Assembly (NCBI RefSeq): GCF_009914755.1
Contig: NC_060936.1
DNA length: 64,000 nucleotides
Direction: 5' to 3' (one strand)
Origin: the human T2T-CHM13v2.0 reference genome, Homo sapiens
The position numbers and the translations under genes are program-made. Positions 1 to 12,900 of the stretch are shown in pieces. The notes under the pieces are model-generated. The model did no database searches. It worked only from the letters and a program-made list of their open reading frames with translations, and had not been told where the DNA came from. Every line of letters starts with the position of its first letter. Position 1 is the first letter of the stretch.

Positions 1-231
1 GAACGCACACATCACAAAGTAGTTTCTGAGAATCATTCTGTCTAGTTTTTATACGAAGATGTTTCCCTTTCTACAATTGGTCTCAAAGCGATTGAAATCT
101 CCAACTGGAAACTGCACAAATAGGCAGTTTCAAATCTGCTCTGTCTAAAAGAGGGTTCAGCTCTGTGAGTTGAATACACACACCACAAATAAGTTACTGA
201 GAATTCTTCTGTCGAACATTACAGGAAGAAA

Positions 232-248
232 TCCCGTTTCCAACGAAG
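232..248 (-). promoter_or_regulatory. CENP-B box (first of roughly 188 box positions spaced ~340 bp apart)
   Basis: The + strand reads TCCCGTTTCCAACGAAG, the reverse complement of CTTCGTTGGAAACGGGA, matching the NTTCGNNNNANNCGGGN core. It recurs at 571, 911, 1251, 1590 and so on to 63736. Confidence 0.97.
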
Positions 249-402
249 GCCTCAAAGAGGTCCAAATATCCACTTGCAGACATGACAAACAGTGTGTTTC
301 CCAACTGCTCCATCAAAAGAAAGGTTAAACTCTGTGAGCTGAACACACACATCAAAAAGAAGTTTCTGTGAATGATTCTGTCTAGATTTTATAAGAAGAT
401 GT

Positions 403-419
403 TTCCTTTTCTACCGTAG
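403..419 (+). promoter_or_regulatory. pJalpha-like A-box motif in the alternate (A-type) monomer
   Basis: TTCCTTTTCTACCGTAG lies exactly 171 bp from the CENP-B box at the homologous position. It differs by one base from TTCCTTTTYCACCRTAG. The Q, R and S dimers carry more degenerate versions. Confidence 0.65.
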
Positions 420-1589
420 GCCTCAAAGCGCTTGAAATCTCCAGCTGCAAATTCCACAAAAAGGGTGTTTAACATCTCCTCTTCTAAAGGAAAGTTCAAC
501 TCTATGAGTTGAATACACACAGCACAAAGAAGTTACTGAGACTTCTCCTATCAAACATTATATGAAGAAATCCCGTTTCCAACGAAGGCCTCAAAGAGGT
601 CCAAATATCTGCTTGCAGACTTTACAGACAGTGTGTTTCCAAACTGCTCCATCAAAAGAAAGGTTAAACTCCTTGAGTTGAACACACACATCACAAAGTA
701 GTTTCTGTGAATGATTCTGTCTAGTTTTTATACGAAGATGTTTGCTTTTCTACCTTTGGTCTCAAAGCGATTGAAATCTCCACATGGAAACTCCACAAAA
801 AGAGTGTTTCAAATCTGCTCTTTCTGAAGGAAGGTTCAACTCTGTGAGTTGAATACACACACCACAAATAAGTTACTGAGAATTCTTCTGTGTAACATTA
901 TATGAGGAAATCCCGTTTCCAACGAAGGCCTCAAAGAGGTCCAAATATCCACTTGCAGACTTTACAAAGACAGTGTCTCCAAACTCCTCCATCAAAAGAA
1001 AGGTTATACTCTGTGAATTGAACGCACACATCACAAAGTAGTTTCTGAGAATGATTCTGTCTAGTTTTTATACGAAGATATTTCCTTTTCTACATTTGGC
1101 CTAAAAGCGCTTGAAATCTCCACCTGCAAATATCACAAAAAGAGGGTTTCACATCTGCTCTGTCTAAAGGACAGTTCACCTCTGTGAGTTGAATAGAGGC
1201 AACACAAAGAACTTACTCAGTATTCTTCTTTCTAGCGTTCTATGAAGAAATCCCGTTTCCAACGAAGGCCTCAAAGAGGTCAAATATCTGCTTGCAGACT
1301 TTACAGACAGAGTGTTTCCAAACTACTCTATGAAAAGAAAGCTTAAACTCCTTGAGTTGAACGCACACATCACAAAGTAGTTTCTGAGAATGATTCTGTC
1401 TAGTTTTTATACGAAGATGTTTCCTTTTCTACATTTGGTCTCAAAGCGATTGAAATCTCCAACTGGAAACTGCACAAATAGGCTGTTTCAAATCTGCTCT
1501 GTCTAAAGGAAGGTTCAGCTCTGTGAGTTGAATACACACACCACAAATAAGTTACTGAGAATTCTTCTGTCGAACATTACAGGAAGAAT

Positions 1590-3966
1590 TCCCGTTTCCA
1601 ACGAAGGCCTCAAAGAGGTCCAAATATCCACTTGCGGACATTACAAACAGTGTGTTTCCCAACTGCTCCATCAAAAGAAAGGTTAAACTCTGTGAGCTGA
1701 ACACACACATCAAAAAGAAGTTTCTGTGAATGATTCTGTCTAGATTTTATAAGAAGATGTTTCCTTTTCTACCGTAGGCCTCAAAGCGCTTGAAATCTCC
1801 AGCTGCAAATTCCACAAAAATGGTGTTTAACATCTGCCCTTCTAAAGGAAAGTTCAACTCTACGAGTTGAATACACACAGCACAAAGAAGTTACTGAGAC
1901 TTCTCCTATCAAACATTATATGAAGAAATCCCGTTTCCAACGAAGGCCTCAAAGAGGTCCAAATATCTGCTTGCAGACTTTACAGACAGAGTGTTTCCAA
2001 ACTGCTCCATCAAAAGAAAGGTTAAACTCCTTGAGTTGAACACACACATCACAAAGTAGTTTCTGAGAATGATTCTGTCTAGTTTTTATACGAAGATATT
2101 TCCTTTTCTACATTTGGCCTAAAAGCGCTTGAAATCTCCACCTGCAAATATCACAAAAAGAGGGTTTCACATCTGCTCTGTCTAAAGGACAGTTCACCTC
2201 TGTGAGTTGAATAGAGGCAACACAAAGAACTTACTCAGTATTCTTCTTTCTAGCGTTCTATGAAGAAATCCCGTTTCCAACGAAGGCCCCAAAGAGGTCC
2301 AAATATCTGCTTGCAGACTTTACAGACAGAGTGTTTCCAAACTACTCTATGAAAAGAAAGCTTAAACTCCTTGAGTTGAACGCACACATCACAAAGTAGT
2401 TTCTGAGAATGATTCTGTCTAGTTTTTATACGAAGATGTTTCCTTTTCTACATTTGGTCTCAAAGCGATTGAAATCTCCACCTGGAAACTGCACAAATAG
2501 GGTGTATCAAATCTGCTCTGTCTAAAGAAGGTTCAACTCTGTGAGTTGAATACACACACCACAAATAAGTTACTGAGAATTCTTCTGTTGAACATTACTT
2601 GAAGAAATCCCGTTTCCAACGAAGGCCTCAAAGAGGTCCAAATATCTGCTTGCAGACTTTACAGACAGAGTGTTTCCAAACTACTCTATGAAAAGAAAGC
2701 TTAAACTCCTTGAGTTGAACGCACACATCACAAAGTAGTTTCTGAGAATGATTCTGTCTAGTTTTTATACGAAGATGTTTCCTTTTCTACATTTGGTCTC
2801 AAAGCGATTGAAATCTCCAACTGGAAACTGCACAAATAGGGTGTTTCAAATCTGCTCTGTCTAAAGGAAGGTTCAACTCTGTGAGTTGAATACACACACC
2901 ACAAATAAGTTACTGAGAATTCTTCTGTCGAAAATTACTTGAAGAAATCCCGTTTCCAACTAAGGCCTCAAAGAGGTCCAAATATCCTCTTGCAGACATT
3001 ACAAACAGAGTGTTTCCAAACTGCTCCATCAAAAGAAAGGTTAAACTCTGTGAGCTGAACACACACATCAAAAAGAAGTTTCTGTGAATGATTCTGTCTA
3101 GATTTTATAAGAAGATGTTTCCTTTTCTACCGTAGGCCTCAAAGCGCTTGAAATCTCCAGCTGCAAATTCCACAAAAAGGGTGTTTAACATCTGCTCTTC
3201 TAAAGGAAAGTTCAACTCAATGAGTTGAATACACACAGCACAAAGAAGTTACTGAGACTTCTCCTATCAAACATCATATGAAGAAATCCCGTTTCCAACG
3301 AAGGCCTCAAAGAGGTCCAAATATCTGCTTGCAGACTTTACAAAGACAGTGTCTCCAAACTCCTCCATCAAAAGAAAGGTTATACTCTGTGAATTGAACG
3401 CACACATCACAAAGTAGTTTCTGAGAATGATTCTGTCTAGTTTTTATACGAAGATATTTTTTTTTCTACATTTGGCCTAAAAGCGCTTGAAATCTCCACC
3501 TGCAAATATCACAAAAAGAGGGTTTCACATCTGCTCTTTCTAAAGGACAGTTCACCTCTGTGAGTTGAATAGAGGCAACACAAAGAACTTACTCAGTATT
3601 CTTCTTTCTAGCGTTCTATGAAGAAATCCCGTTTCCAACGAAGGCCCCAAAGAGGTCTAAATATCTGCTTGCAGACTTTACAGACAGAGTGTTTCCAAAC
3701 TACTCTATGAAAAGAAAGCTTAAACTCCTTGAGTTGAACGCACACATCACAAAGTAGTTTCTGAGAATGATGCTGTCTAGTTTTTATACGAAGATGTTTC
3801 CTTTTCTACATTTGGTCTCAAAGCGATTGAAATCTCCAACTGGAAACTGCACAAATAGGGTGTTTCAAATCTGCTCTGTCTAAAGGAAGGTTCAACTCTG
3901 TGAGTTGAATACACACACCACAAATAAGTTACTGAGAATTCTTCTGTCGAAAATTACTTGAAGAAA
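1590..3966 (-). repeat. Cluster of structural-variant HORs: P,(Q/R hybrid),S,S,P,R,S
   Basis: The dimer at 1929 starts as Q and ends as R. S occurs twice in a row (2269, 2608). Q is missing between P (2948) and R (3287). Confidence 0.88.
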
Positions 3967-6900
3967 TCCCGTTTCCAACGAAGGCCTCAAAGAGGTCCAA
4001 ATATCCACTTGCAGACATTACAAACAGAGTGTTTCCAAACTGCTCCATCAAAAGAAAGGTTAAACTCTGTGAGCTGAACACACACATTAAAAAGAAGTTT
4101 CTGTGAATGATTCTGTCTAGATTTTATAAGAAGATGTTTCCTTTTCTACCGTAGGCCACAAAGCGCTTGAAATCTCCAGCTGCAAATTCCACAAAAAGGG
4201 TGTTTAACATCTGCTCTTCTAAAGGAAAGTTCAACTCTATGCGTTGAATACACACAGCACAAAGAAGTTACTGAGACTTCTCCTATCAAACATTATATGA
4301 AGAAATCCCGTTTCCAACGAAGGCCTCAAAGAGGTCCAAATATCTGCTTGCAGACTTTACAGACAGAGTTTTTCCAAACTGCTCCATCAAAAGAAAGGTT
4401 AAACTCCTTGAGTTGAACACACACATCACAAAGTAGTTTCTGTGAATGATTCTGTCTAGTTTTTATACGAAGATGTTTCCTTTTCTACCTTTGGTCTCAA
4501 AGCAATTGAAATCTCCACATGGAAACTCCACAAAAAGAGTGTTTCAAATCTGCTCTTTCTGAAGGAAGGTTCAACTCTGTGAGTTGAATACACACACCAC
4601 AAATAAGTTACTGAGAATTCTTCTGTGTAACATTATATGAGGAAATCCCGTTTCCAACGAAGGCCTCAAAGAGGTCCAAATATCCACTTGCAGACTTTAC
4701 AAAGACAGTGTCTCCAAACTCCTCCATCAAAAGAAAGGTTATACTCTGTGAATTGAACGCACACATCACAAAGTAGTTTCTGAGTATGATTCTGTCTTGT
4801 TTTTATACGAAGATATTTCCTTTTCTACATTTGGCCTAAAAGCGCTTGAAATCTCCACCTGCAAATATCACAAAAAGAGGGTTTCACATCTGCTCTGTCT
4901 AAAGGACAGTTCACCTCTGTGAGTTGAATAGAGGCAACACAAAGAACTTACTCAGTATTCTTCTTTCTAGCGTTCTATGAAGAAATCCCGTTTCCAACGA
5001 AGACCCCAATGAGGTCCAAATATCTGCTTGCAGACTTTACAGACAGAGTGTTTCCAAACTACTCTATGAAAAGAAAGCTTAAACTCCTTGAGTTGAACGC
5101 ACACATCACAAAGTAGTTTCTGAGAATAATGCTGTCTAGTTTTTGTACGAAGATGTTTCCTTTTCTACATTTGGTCTCAAAGCGATTGAAATCTCCAACT
5201 GGAAACTGCACAAATAGGGTGTTTCAAATCTGCTCTGTCTAAAGGAAGGTTCAACTCTGTGAGTTGAATACACACACCACAAATAAGTTACTGAGAATTC
5301 TTCTGTCGAACATTACAGGAAGAAATCCCGTTTCCAACGAAGGCCTCAAAGAGGTCCAAATATCCACTTGCAGACATTACAAACAGAGTGTTTCCAAACT
5401 GCTCCATCAAAAGAAAGGTTAAACTCTGTGAGCTGAACACACACATCAAAAAGAAGTTTCTGTGAATGATTCTGTCTAGATTTTATAAGAAGATGTTTCC
5501 TTTTCTACCGTAGGCCTCAAAGCGCTTGAAATCTCCAGCTGCAAATTCCACAAAAAGGGTGTTTAACATCTGCTCTTCTAAAGGAAAGTTCAACTCTATG
5601 AGTTGAATACACACAGCACAAAGAAGTTACTGAGACTTCTCCTATCAAACATTATATGAAGAAATCCCGTTTCCAACGAAGGCCTCAAAGAGGTCCAAAT
5701 ATCTGCTTGCAGACTTTACAGACAGAGTGTTTCCAAACTGCTCCATCAAAAGAAAGGTTAAACTCCTTGAGTTGAACACACACATCACAAAGTAGTTTCT
5801 GTGAATGATTCTGTCTAGTTTTTATACGAAGATGTTTCCTTTTCTACCTTTGGTCTGAAAGCGATTGAAATCTCCACATGGAAACTCCACAAAAAGAGTG
5901 TTTCAAATCTGCTCTTTCTGAAGGAAGGTTCAACTCTGTGAGTTGAATACACACACCACAAATAAGTTACTGAGAATTCTTCTGTGTAACATTATATGAG
6001 GAAATCCCGTTTCCAACGAAGGCCTCAAAGAGGTCCAAATATCCACTTGCAGACTTTACAAAGACAGTGTCTCCAAACTCCTCCATCAAAAGAAAGGTTA
6101 TACTCTGTGAATTGAATGCACACATCACAAAGTAGTTTCTGAGAATGATTCTGTCTAGTTTTTATACGAAGATATTTCCTTTTCTACATTTGGCCTAAAA
6201 GCGCTTGAAATCTCCACCTGCAAATATCACAAAAAGAGGGTTTCACATCTGCTCTGTCTAAAGGACAGTTCACCTCTGTGAGTTGAATAGAGGCAACACA
6301 AAGAACTTACTCAGTATTCTTCTTTCTAGCGTTCTATGAAGAAATCCCGTTTCCAACGAAGGCCCCAAAGAGGTCCAAATATCTGCTTGCAGACTTTACA
6401 GACAGAGTGTTTCCAAACTACTCTATGAAAAGAAAGCTTAAACTCCTTGAGTTGAACGCACACATCACAAAGTAGTTTCTGAGAATGATTCTGTCTAGTT
6501 TTTATACGAAGATGTTTCCTTTTCTACATTTGGTCTCAAAGCGATTGAAATCTCCACCTGGAAACTGCACAAATAGGGTGTATCAAATCTGCTCTGTCTA
6601 AAGAAGGTTCAACTCTGTGAGTTGAATACACACACCACAAATAAGTTACTGAGAATTCTTCTGTCGAACATTACTTGAAGAAATCCCGTTTCCAACGAAG
6701 GCCTCAAAGAGGTCCAAATATCTGCTTGCAGACTTTACAGACAGAGTTTTTCCAAACTGCTCCATCAAAAGAAAGGTTAAACTCCTTGAGTTGAACACAC
6801 ACATCACAAAGTAGTTTCTGTGAATGATTCTGTCTAGTTTTTATACGAAGATGTTTCCTTTTCTACCTTTGGTCTCAATGCGATTGAAATCTCCACATGG

Positions 6901-9900
6901 AAACTCCACAAAAAGAGTGTTTCAAATCTGCTCTTTCTGAAGGAAGGTTCAACTCTGTGAGTTGAATACACACACCACAAATAAGTTACTGAGAATTCTT
7001 CTGTGTAACATTATATGAGGAAATCCCGTTTCCAACGAAGGCCTCAAAGAGGTCCAAATATCCACTTGCAGACTTTACAAAGACAGTGTCTCCAAACTCC
7101 TCCATCAAAAGAAAGGTTATACTCTGTGAATTGAACGCACACATCACAAAGTAGTTTCTGAGAATGATTCTGTCTAGTTTTTATACGAAGATATTTCCTT
7201 TTCTACATTTGGCCTAAAAGCGCTTGAAATCTCCACCTGCAAATATCACAAAAAGAGGGTTTCACATCTGCTCTGTCTAAAGGACAGTTCACCTCTGTGA
7301 GTTGAATAGAGGCAACACAAAGAACTTACTCAGTATTCTTCTTTCTAGCGTTCTATGAAGAAATCCCGTTTCCAACGAAGGCCCCAAAGAGGTCCAAATA
7401 TCTGCTTGCAGACTTTACAGACAGAGTGTTTCCAAACTACTCTATGAAAAGAAAGCTTAAACTCCTTGAGTTGAACGCACACATCACAAAGTAGTTTCTG
7501 AGAATGATGCTGTCTAGTTTTTATACGAAGATGTTTCCTTTTCTACATTTGGTCTCAAAGCGATTGAAATCTCCAACTGGAAACTGCACAAATAGGGTGT
7601 TTCAAATCTGCTCTGTCTAAAGGAAGGTTCAACTCTGTGAGTTGAATACACACACCACAAATAAGTTACTGAGTATTCTTCTGTCGAACATTACTTGAAG
7701 AAATCCCGTTTCCAACGAAGGCCTCAAAGAGGTCCAAATATCCACTTGCAGACATTACAAACCGAGTGTTTCCAAACTGCTCCATCAACAGAAAGGTTAA
7801 ACTCTGTGAGCTGAACACACACATCAAAAAGAAGTTTCTGTGAATGATTCTGTCTAGATTTTATAAAAAGATGTTTCCTTTTCTACCGTAGGCCACAAAG
7901 CGCTTGAAATCTCCAGCTGCAAATTCCACAAAAAGGGTGTTTAACATCTGCTCTTCTAAAGGAAAGTTCAACTCTATGCGTTGAATACACACAGCACAAA
8001 GAAGTTACTGAGACTTCTCCTATCAAACATTATATGAAGAAATCCCGTTTCCAACGAAGGCCTCAAAGAGGTCCAAATATCTGCTTGCAGACTTTACAGA
8101 CAGAGTTTTTCCAAACTGCTCCATCAAAAGAAAGGTTAAACTCCTTGAGTTGAACACACACATCACAAAGTAGTTTCTGTGAATGATTCTGTCTAGTTTT
8201 TATACGAAGATGTTTCCTTTTCTACCTTTGGTCTCAAAGCGATTGAAATCTCCACATGGAAACTCCACAAAAAGAGTGTTTCAAATCTGCTCTTTCTGAA
8301 GGAAGGTTCAACTCTGTGAGTTGAATACACACACCACAAATAAGTTACTGAGAATTCTTCTGTGTAACATTATATGAGGAAATCCCGTTTCCAACGAAGG
8401 CCTCAAAGAGGTCCAAATATCCACTTGCAGACTTTACAAAGACAGTGTCTCCAAACTCCTCCATCAAAAGAAAGGTTATACTCTGTGAATTGAACGCACA
8501 CATCACAAAGTAGTTTCTGAGAACGATTCTGTCTAGTTTTCATACGAAGATATTTCCTTTTCTACATTTGGCCTAAAAGCGCTTGAAATCTCCACCTGCA
8601 AATATCACAAAAACAGGGTTTCACATCTGCTCTGTCTAAAGGACAGTTCACCTCTGTGAGTTGAATAGAGGCAACACAAAGAACTTACTCAGTATTCTTC
8701 TTTCTAGCGTTCTATGAAGAAATCCCGTTTCCAACGAAGGCCTCAAAGAGGTCCAAATATCTGCTTGCACACTTTACAGACAGAGTGTTTCCAAACTACT
8801 CTATGAAAAGAAAGCTTAAACTCCTTGAGTTGAACGCACACATCACAAAGTAGTTTCTGAGAATGATTCTGTCTAGTTTTTATACGAAGATGTTTCCTTT
8901 TCTACATTTGGTCTCAAAGCGATTGAAATCTCCAACTGGAAACTGCACAAATAGGGTGTTTCAAATCTACTCTGTCTAAAGGAAGGTTCAACTCTGTGAG
9001 TTGAATACACACACCACAAATAAGTTACTGAGAATTCTTCTGTCGAACATTACAGGAAGAAATCCCGTTTCCAACGAAGGCCTCAAAGAGGTCCAAATAT
9101 CCACTTGCAGACATTACAAACAGAGTGTTTCCAAACTGCTCCATCAAAAGAAAGGTTAAACTCTGTGAGCTGAACACACACATCAAAAAGAAGTTTCTGT
9201 GAATGATTCTGTCTAGATTTTATAAGAAGATGTTTCCTTTTCTACCGTAGGCCTCAAAGCGCTTGAAATCTCCAGCTGCAAATTCCACAAAAAGGGTGTT
9301 TAACATCTGCTCTTCTAAAGGAAAGTTCAACTCTATGAGTTGAATACACACAGCACAAAGAAGTTACTGAGACTTCTCCTATCAAACATTATATGAAGAA
9401 ATCCCGTTTCCAACGAAGGCCCCAAAGAGGTCCAAATATCTGCTTGCAGACTTTACAGACAGAGTTTTTCCAAACAGCTCCATCAAAAGAAAGGTTAAAC
9501 TCCTTGAGTTGAACACACACATCACAAAGTAGTTTCTGTGAATGATTCTGTCTAGTTTTTATACGAAGATGTTTCCTTTTCTACCTTTGGTCTCAAAGCG
9601 ATTGAAATCTCCACATGGAAACTCCACAAAAAGAGTGTTTCAAATCTGCTCTTTCTGAAGGAAGGTTCAACTCTGTGAGTTGAATACACACACCACAAAT
9701 AAGTTACTGAGAATTCTTCTGTGTAACATTATATGAGGAAATCCCGTTTCCAACGAAGGCCTCAAAGAGGTCCAAATATCCACTTGCAGACTTTACAAAG
9801 ACAGTGTCTCCAAACTCCTCCATCAAAAGAAAGGTTATACTCTGTGAATTGAACGCACACATCACAAAGTAGTTTCTGAGAACGATTCTGTCTAGTTTTC

Positions 9901-12900
9901 ATACGAAGATATTTCCTTTTCTACATTTGGCCTAAAAGCGCTTGAAATCTCCACCTGCAAATATCACAAAAAGAGGGTTTCACATCTGCTCTGTCTAAAG
10001 GACAGTTCACCTCTGTGAGTTGAATAGAGGCAACACAAAGAACTTACTCAGTATTCTTCTTTCTAGCGTTCTATGAAGAAATCCCGTTTCCAACGAAGGC
10101 CTCAAAGAGGTCCAAATATCTGCTTGCACACTTTACAGACAGAGTGTTTCCAAACTACTCTATGAAAAGAAAGCTTAAACTCCTTGAGTTGAACGCACAC
10201 ATCACAAAGTAGTTTCTGAGAATGATTCTGTCTAGTTTTTATACGAAGATGTTTCCTTTTCTACATTTGGTCTCAAAGCGATTGAAATCTCCAACTGGAA
10301 ACTGCACAAATAGGGTGTTTCAAATCTGCTCTGTCTAAAGGAAGGTTCAACTCTGTGAGTTGAATACACACACCACAAATAAGTTACTGAGAATTCTTCT
10401 GTCGAACATTACTTGAAGAAATACCGTTTCCAAAGAAGGCCTCAAAGAGGTCAAAATATCCACTTGCAGACATTACAAACAGAGTGTTTCAAAACTGCTC
10501 CATCAAAAGAAAGGTTAAACTCTGTGAGCTGAACACACACATCAAAAAGAAGTTTCTGTGAATGATTCTGTCTAGATTTTATAAGAAGATGTTTCCTTTT
10601 CTACCGTAGGCCGCAAAGCGCTTGAAATCTCCAGCTGCAAATTCTACAAAAAGGGTGTTTAACATCTGCTCTTCTAAAGGAAAGTTCAACTCTATGCGTT
10701 GAATAAACACAGCAGAAAGAAGTTACTGAGACTTCTCCTATGAAACATTATATGAAGAAATCCCTTTTCCAACGAAGGCCCCAAAGAGGTCCAAATATCT
10801 GCTTGCAGACTTTACAGACAGAGTTTTTCCAAACAGCTCCATCAAAAGAAAGGTTAAACTCCTTGAGTTGAACACACACATCACAAAGTAGTTTCTGTGA
10901 ATGATTCTGTCTAGTTTTTATACGAAGATGTTTCCTTTTCTACCTTTGGTCTCAAAGCGATTGAAATCTCCACATGGAAACTCCACAAAAAGAGTGTTTC
11001 AAATCTGCTCTTTCTGAAGGAAGGTTCAACTCTGTGAGTTGAATACACACACCACAAATAAGTTACTGAGAATTCTTCTGTGTAACATTATATGAGGAAA
11101 TCCCGATTCCAACGAAGGCCTCAAAGAGGTCCAAATATCCACTTGCAGACTTTACAAAGACAGTGTCTCCAAACTCCTCCATCAAAAGAAAGGTTATACT
11201 CTGTGAATTGAACGCACACATCACAAAGTAGTTTCTGAGAATGATTCTGTCTAGTTTTTATACGAAGATATTTCCTTTTCTACATTTGGCCTAAAAGCGC
11301 TTGAAATCTCCACCTGCAAATATCACAAAAACAGGGTTTCACATCTGCTCTGTCTAAAGGACAGTTCACCTCTGTGAGTTGAATAGAGGCAACACAAAGA
11401 ACTTACTCAGTATTCTTCTTTCTAGCGCTCTATGAAGAAATCCCGTTTCCAACGAAGGCCTCAAAGAGGTCCAAATATCTGCTTGCAGACTTCACAGACA
11501 GAGTGATTCCAAAGTACTCTATGAAAAGAAAGCTTAAACTCCTTGAGTTGAACGCACACATCACAAAGTAGTTTCTGAGAATGATTCTGTCTAGTTTTTA
11601 TACGAAGATGTTTCCTTTTCTACATTTGGTCTCAAAGCAATTGAAATCTCCAACTGGAAACTGCACAAATAGGGTGTTTCAAATCTGCTCTTTCTAAAGG
11701 AAGGTTCAACTCTGTGGGTTGAATACACACACCACAAATAAGTTACTGAGAATTCTTCTGTCGAACATTACATGAAGAAATCCCGTTTCCAACGAAGGCC
11801 TCAAAGAGGTCCAAATATCCACTTGCAGACATTACAAACAGTGTGTTTCCAAACTGCTCCATCAAAAGAAAGGTTAAACTCTGTGAGCTGAACACACATC
11901 AAAAAGAAGTTTCTGTGAATGATTCTGTCTAGATTTTATAAGAAGATGTTTCCTTTTCTACAGTACGCCACAAAGCGCTTGAAATCTCCAGCTGCAAATT
12001 CCACAAAAAGGGTGCTTAACATCTGCTCTTCTAAAGGAAAGTTCAACTCTATGAGTTAAATAAACACAGCACAAAGAAGTTACTGAGACTTCTCCTATCA
12101 AACATTATATGAAGAAATCCCGTTTCCAACGAAGGCCTCAAAGAGGTCCAAATATCTGCTTGCAGACTTTACAGACAGAGTTTTTCCAAACTGCTCCATC
12201 AAAAGAAAGGTTAAACTCCTTGAGTTGAACACACACATCACAAAGTAGTTTCTGTGAATGATTCTGTCTAGTTTTTATACGAAGATGTTTCCTTTTCTAC
12301 CTTTGGTCTCAATGCGATTGAAATCTCCACATGGAAACTCCACAAAAAGAGTGTTTCAAATCTGCTCTTTCTGAAGGAAGGTTCAACTCTGTGAGTTGAA
12401 TACACACACCACTAATAAGTTACTGAGAATTCTTCTGTGTAACATTATATGAGGAAATCCCGTTTCCAACGAAGGCCTCAAAGAGGTCCAAATATCCACT
12501 TGCAGACTTTACAAAGACAGTGTCTCCAAACTCCTCCATCAAAAGAAAGGTTATACTCTGTGAATTGAACGCACACATCACAAAGTAGTTTCTGAGAATG
12601 ATTCTGTCTAGTTTTTATACGAAGATATTTCCTTTTCTACATTTGGCCTAAAAGCGCTTGAAATCTCCACCTGCAAATATCACAAAAAGAGGGTTTCACA
12701 TCTGCTCTGTCTAAAGGACAGTTCACCTCTGTGAGTTGAATAGAGGCAACACAAAGAACTTACTCAGTATTCTTCTTTCTAGCGTTCTATGAAGAAATCC
12801 CGTTTCCAACGAAGGCCCCAAAGAGGTCCAAATATCTGCTTGCAGACTTTACAGACAGAGTGTTTCCAAACTACTCTATGAAAAGAAAGCTTAAACTCCT

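Larger units (their letters stand above)
232..1589 (-). repeat. Example canonical 8-mer HOR unit: dimers P 232-570, Q 571-910, R 911-1250, S 1251-1589
   Basis: Diagnostic motifs: P gagctgaac/accgtagg/cagctgcaaatt; Q cctttggtctc/cacatggaaactcc; R aaagacagtgtctcc/atagaggcaac; S tactctatgaaaagaaagctt/gtcgaacattac. Confidence 0.95.

Noticed and set aside
3457-3465. T9 run (CC>TT relative to consensus)
   Set aside because: A single length-neutral dinucleotide change or base-calling error; not a retrotransposon tail or terminator.
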